A stretch of 27,186 nt of DNA from a virus (taxonomy: Duplodnaviria > Heunggongvirae > Uroviricota > Caudoviricetes), in IMG/VR virus record IMGVR_UViG_3300043036_000338; one strand, 5' to 3'. Below are positions 24,424 to 27,186 of this stretch, one piece after another (the stretch's first letter is position 1; every line of letters starts with the position of its first letter). The position numbers and the translations under genes are program-made. The notes under the pieces were generated by a model. The model saw only the letters and a program-made list of their open reading frames with translations. It did no database searches and was not told the DNA's origin.

Positions 24424-24431
24424 TATTTATC
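24424..24431 (-). promoter_or_regulatory. Probable late promoter variant GATAAATA upstream of gp25
   Basis: Minus strand reads TGATAAATACTATAAAGGAGAAGTTAAATG: a 7/8 match to TATAAATA overlapping the upstream stop, followed by RBS and ATG. Confidence 0.55.
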
Positions 24432-26001
24432 AGGTTCTAAGAGCAGCACGAACATCAGCATTCAATTGATCAATTTCTGCTGAAGAACCATTTCTAAATT
24501 GATCATTAAAATGCAATTTTAAAGCATTTGTGTGTGCTAATGGTCCAGATGTTTCAGTCCATTGTGATCTGTAATCTCGAACATCAATATGAATAAAATT
24601 ATTGTTACCACCAGAGTATGTGCCAATACCCATAGCACCTTCTTCACTAGCTGCTTTAATAAACTTCTCACCTGATTCAAAGTCTGTACCAAAACTACTT
24701 CTTGCCACATCAAGGGCCATACCTGACATATGATAACTATTTTTTGCGCCACCAATACTTCTATTATATGCAGGTGATCTATATCCGGAATTAATGCTTA
24801 ATTTCTTACCTAATTTTTCTGATATTCTCATACCAAGAATAAGAATATCAACAGTTAACTTTTTTACACCTATAGCATCTGTTGGATTATTCATTGAACC
24901 ACCAATTGTGCTAAAGTCAAACCATTTTGTACCAGGATGATTACCTGTCAATATATCAGCAGCAGCTGCAGATATAATTGCTATTGCTGTAGCCTTTTCA
25001 GTTTCTGTAAAAGGTCTTGTATACCACTTTCCAGGTTTAGCTTGCCCTGCTTGATCAAGACCAGAATCAGCTCCATTGTTAAGGTTATCTGAAAGTTGTT
25101 TCTTTACAGCTTCAACATTATCATCACTCATTCTAAATGCACCAGCAGTAACAGCAGATAGACTGAATTCAGTTGAAGCATTTGTTAATACATTTTTAAC
25201 ATCAGTGCAACTTTGTAAAGCATTTTGTAGTTCTGATAATGGACTACGCATAAATTGTTCAACAGCATTTGATAACTGACAGAATCTATAAACAAGATAC
25301 TCAATATTCTGTTGTGTGATATTAGTAAACTTATTTGAGGTTGATGCAATTACACCATTCACAGTATCTTTTAATGTCTGAATATTTAAATCACTAAAGA
25401 AGTCAGAAGTCTGTTGAACTGTATTTGCAATACCTTTAATAGATCCTAAACAGTTGCTAACTTGCTGTATTAATTGTGTGACAAGTTGTGATAACTTTTC
25501 TTTTAATGTATCAATCAATGTTTCAATTAATTTTTGTATATTAAGTATTGCACCTATAACATTGTTAACAGTATTTAATGCATTAAAAACATCATTTAAG
25601 ACACCAGAGAATATAGTACAAAAACCATCAGTACTTGATGAAAAGTTATTGGTGTAATATGTATTCAGATTTTCAAGATATTGTAATGCAGTAATTGATA
25701 GTTGATTAGGATTTAATGCTTGAACCATACTTTGAGTTGTGCCAGTTGCAATTAAAAAGTCAGCATATTCAGTGGTACTAATTGGACCACTATTTAATCT
25801 ATCATATAACATTGGATAATCATATTCTTGTCTTGCCAATGTAACCAATAAATTTAAATCTGTTAGTGCTATAAGTAGAAATGATTGATCATATTGTTTT
25901 GCAGAATCGTTTTGAAGATCAAATAGATCACCAACGGAAAGAATTTTATACTCTAACTCTGCTGTAGTTGAATTAAGATTAAAATATGGGCTACAAGACA
26001 T
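24430..26001 (-). CDS. Helical protein with C-terminal peptidase M15A/M15_3 (YcbK-like) Zn peptidoglycan-peptidase domain (523 aa)
   Basis: INSGYRSPAYNRSIGGAKNSYHMSGMALD (His...Asp +7) and GIGTY...FIHID (third Zn ligand). The N-terminal ~300 aa are amphipathic-helical. Confidence 0.85.
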   Translation of the reverse strand: MSCSPYFNLNSTTAELEYKILSVGDLFDLQNDSAKQYDQSFLLIALTDLNLLVTLARQEYDYPMLYDRLNSGPISTTEYADFLIATGTTQSMVQALNPNQLSITALQYLENLNTYYTNNFSSSTDGFCTIFSGVLNDVFNALNTVNNVIGAILNIQKLIETLIDTLKEKLSQLVTQLIQQVSNCLGSIKGIANTVQQTSDFFSDLNIQTLKDTVNGVIASTSNKFTNITQQNIEYLVYRFCQLSNAVEQFMRSPLSELQNALQSCTDVKNVLTNASTEFSLSAVTAGAFRMSDDNVEAVKKQLSDNLNNGADSGLDQAGQAKPGKWYTRPFTETEKATAIAIISAAAADILTGNHPGTKWFDFSTIGGSMNNPTDAIGVKKLTVDILILGMRISEKLGKKLSINSGYRSPAYNRSIGGAKNSYHMSGMALDVARSSFGTDFESGEKFIKAASEEGAMGIGTYSGGNNNFIHIDVRDYRSQWTETSGPLAHTNALKLHFNDQFRNGSSAEIDQLNADVRAALRT

Positions 26002-26010
26002 GTTTATTCC

Positions 26011-27186
26011 TTATACCGTATCATCAATTTGATTAATACTAATACCGCCGGTTGTCGGTGATGATTGTTTTTTAGTTGCAATACCGGCAGTTGGTGGTTT
26101 TTCAATATTTGCTGCACCTTGAGTATCTGCTACGGTTGCAACAGAACCGTCATTAAGATGAACTTCAGTGCCTTTAATAGTGGCATTACCACCAGTTGCT
26201 TCAATTCCCACTGTTGCCGCATTTACATTGAAATTAGCACCTTTAACTGTAGTATCACCCACTGATTGTAATTGGATCCCTTCAGAAGATAGAACACCAA
26301 CACCGCCTGCGGTTGCTGACAAGCCTACACGTGCAGACTTTATGTCTAATGATGTACCAGAGTTCAGTACAATATCACCAGCGGCTGCTATGTTAATGTT
26401 AGAGTTTGATGATATGCTTAAATCACCGACTGAGTGTAACTGAATACCACCATTTTCTACACGAATCGAATAACCACCATCAGAAATATTTGTGGTATGA
26501 CCACCGACCTGTTGTTCAAAGTCATTTATTGAAACTACATGTAAACGACCAATTGCCCCAATTGTTACATTACCATTTTGATCTAATGCAATGTGAGCAC
26601 CGCTCTTATGAATAATATTAATATGTTCATTGTTTTCACCATCACCACCATGCATTTCAATATACGAACCATTATAACTTGCATTAATTACTGTTGTATT
26701 ATGTGATCCTCCAACAGCAAGACCTGGATGATAAAGATCACCAGTTGATTTTTGAAAGTTTGCAAGTGCTGGAGCTAGTGGTGTGTGATGAATGCCTTCA
26801 CCAGTTCTCTGAGGCGGTAATGCACCCTGACCATATGATTCAATTGTTGATGATACTAATGGTGTATACGGTGCGGTTGACGGAAGTGTTGATGTCACAA
26901 TCCCTGGATCAGTGCCGGTAATTCTAAAATAGTCTTCCAACCAATTTTTTTGATATGTTGCCGAAGTTTGCCCACGATTTACACTAAGTTGTTCGGCAGA
27001 CATATTGCCTTGAGCATTTCCTGTAAACCAAACGTTTGGTATTGCAGCAACATTGTTATTATTCTTTGCAAGAATATCATTTACATAGTGTCCGGCTACT
27101 GCATCTTGTATGGCTGGAGGTGCATCAGCTGCATGACTATATTCAGTACCAATACCTGCAGCTGTCGCACGTTCTTGCCATGTCGA
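26011..27186 (-). CDS. gp5: Baseplate hub/spike gp5, 3' part (5' end outside the window): lysozyme-like domain, linker and beta-helix
   Basis: The frame is open from 27186 into the track ORF, adding STWQERATAAGIGTEYSHAADAPPAIQDAVAGHYVNDILAKNNNNVAAIPNVWFTGNAQGN. SYIEMHGG...EHINIIHKSGAHIALDQNG resembles the gp5 pre-helix segment and is followed by short beta-helix repeats ending EVHLN. Lies upstream of gp25. Confidence 0.8.
   Translation of the reverse strand, partial: STWQERATAAGIGTEYSHAADAPPAIQDAVAGHYVNDILAKNNNNVAAIPNVWFTGNAQGNMSAEQLSVNRGQTSATYQKNWLEDYFRITGTDPGIVTSTLPSTAPYTPLVSSTIESYGQGALPPQRTGEGIHHTPLAPALANFQKSTGDLYHPGLAVGGSHNTTVINASYNGSYIEMHGGDGENNEHINIIHKSGAHIALDQNGNVTIGAIGRLHVVSINDFEQQVGGHTTNISDGGYSIRVENGGIQLHSVGDLSISSNSNINIAAAGDIVLNSGTSLDIKSARVGLSATAGGVGVLSSEGIQLQSVGDTTVKGANFNVNAATVGIEATGGNATIKGTEVHLNDGSVATVADTQGAANIEKPPTAGIATKKQSSPTTGGISINQIDDTV

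Noticed and set aside
1-27186. Alternative genetic code or stop readthrough
   Set aside because: Genes are full length under the standard code, end in TAA or TGA, and abut with normal overlaps; no fragmented ORFs.
1-27186. tRNA, CRISPR array, rho-independent terminator or insertion sequence
   Set aside because: Intergenic gaps are at most about 53 nt. No cloverleaf, spaced repeat array, GC-rich hairpin with U-tract or transposase motif was found.

Overview
The window is a ~33-35% GC segment of a T4-like myophage (gene order of the cyanophage/alphaproteobacterial T4-like group). All real genes lie on the minus strand and are tightly coupled by ATGA/TAATG overlaps. In transcription order (right to left) it carries: the 3' part of gp5 (lysozyme-like domain plus beta-helix spike), a 523-aa helical protein with a C-terminal M15 Zn-peptidase, baseplate gp25, gp6, gp7 and gp8, a 1775-aa DUF4815/VrlC-like virion protein and a small coiled-coil protein. 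Next come a 708-aa tail fibre with an S74 autocleaving chaperone, a partly higher-GC cassette of small tail-associated genes (one 56-aa ORF is missing from the ORF track) and two orphan beta-rich proteins. An overlapping enzyme cassette follows: 2OG-Fe(II) oxygenase-like, KpsS/KpsC-like GT-B, a second 2OG-Fe(II) oxygenase, sulfotransferase and radical SAM-SPASM/twitch. After a perfect TATAAATA late promoter there are two small virion proteins and two more fibre genes, the last running off the left edge. The most interesting element is the enzyme cassette embedded among fibre genes, a candidate virion or surface hydroxylation-glycosylation-sulfation system. All family calls come from motif recognition by eye; no searches were run. 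No tRNA, rRNA, CRISPR array or mobile element was recognised.
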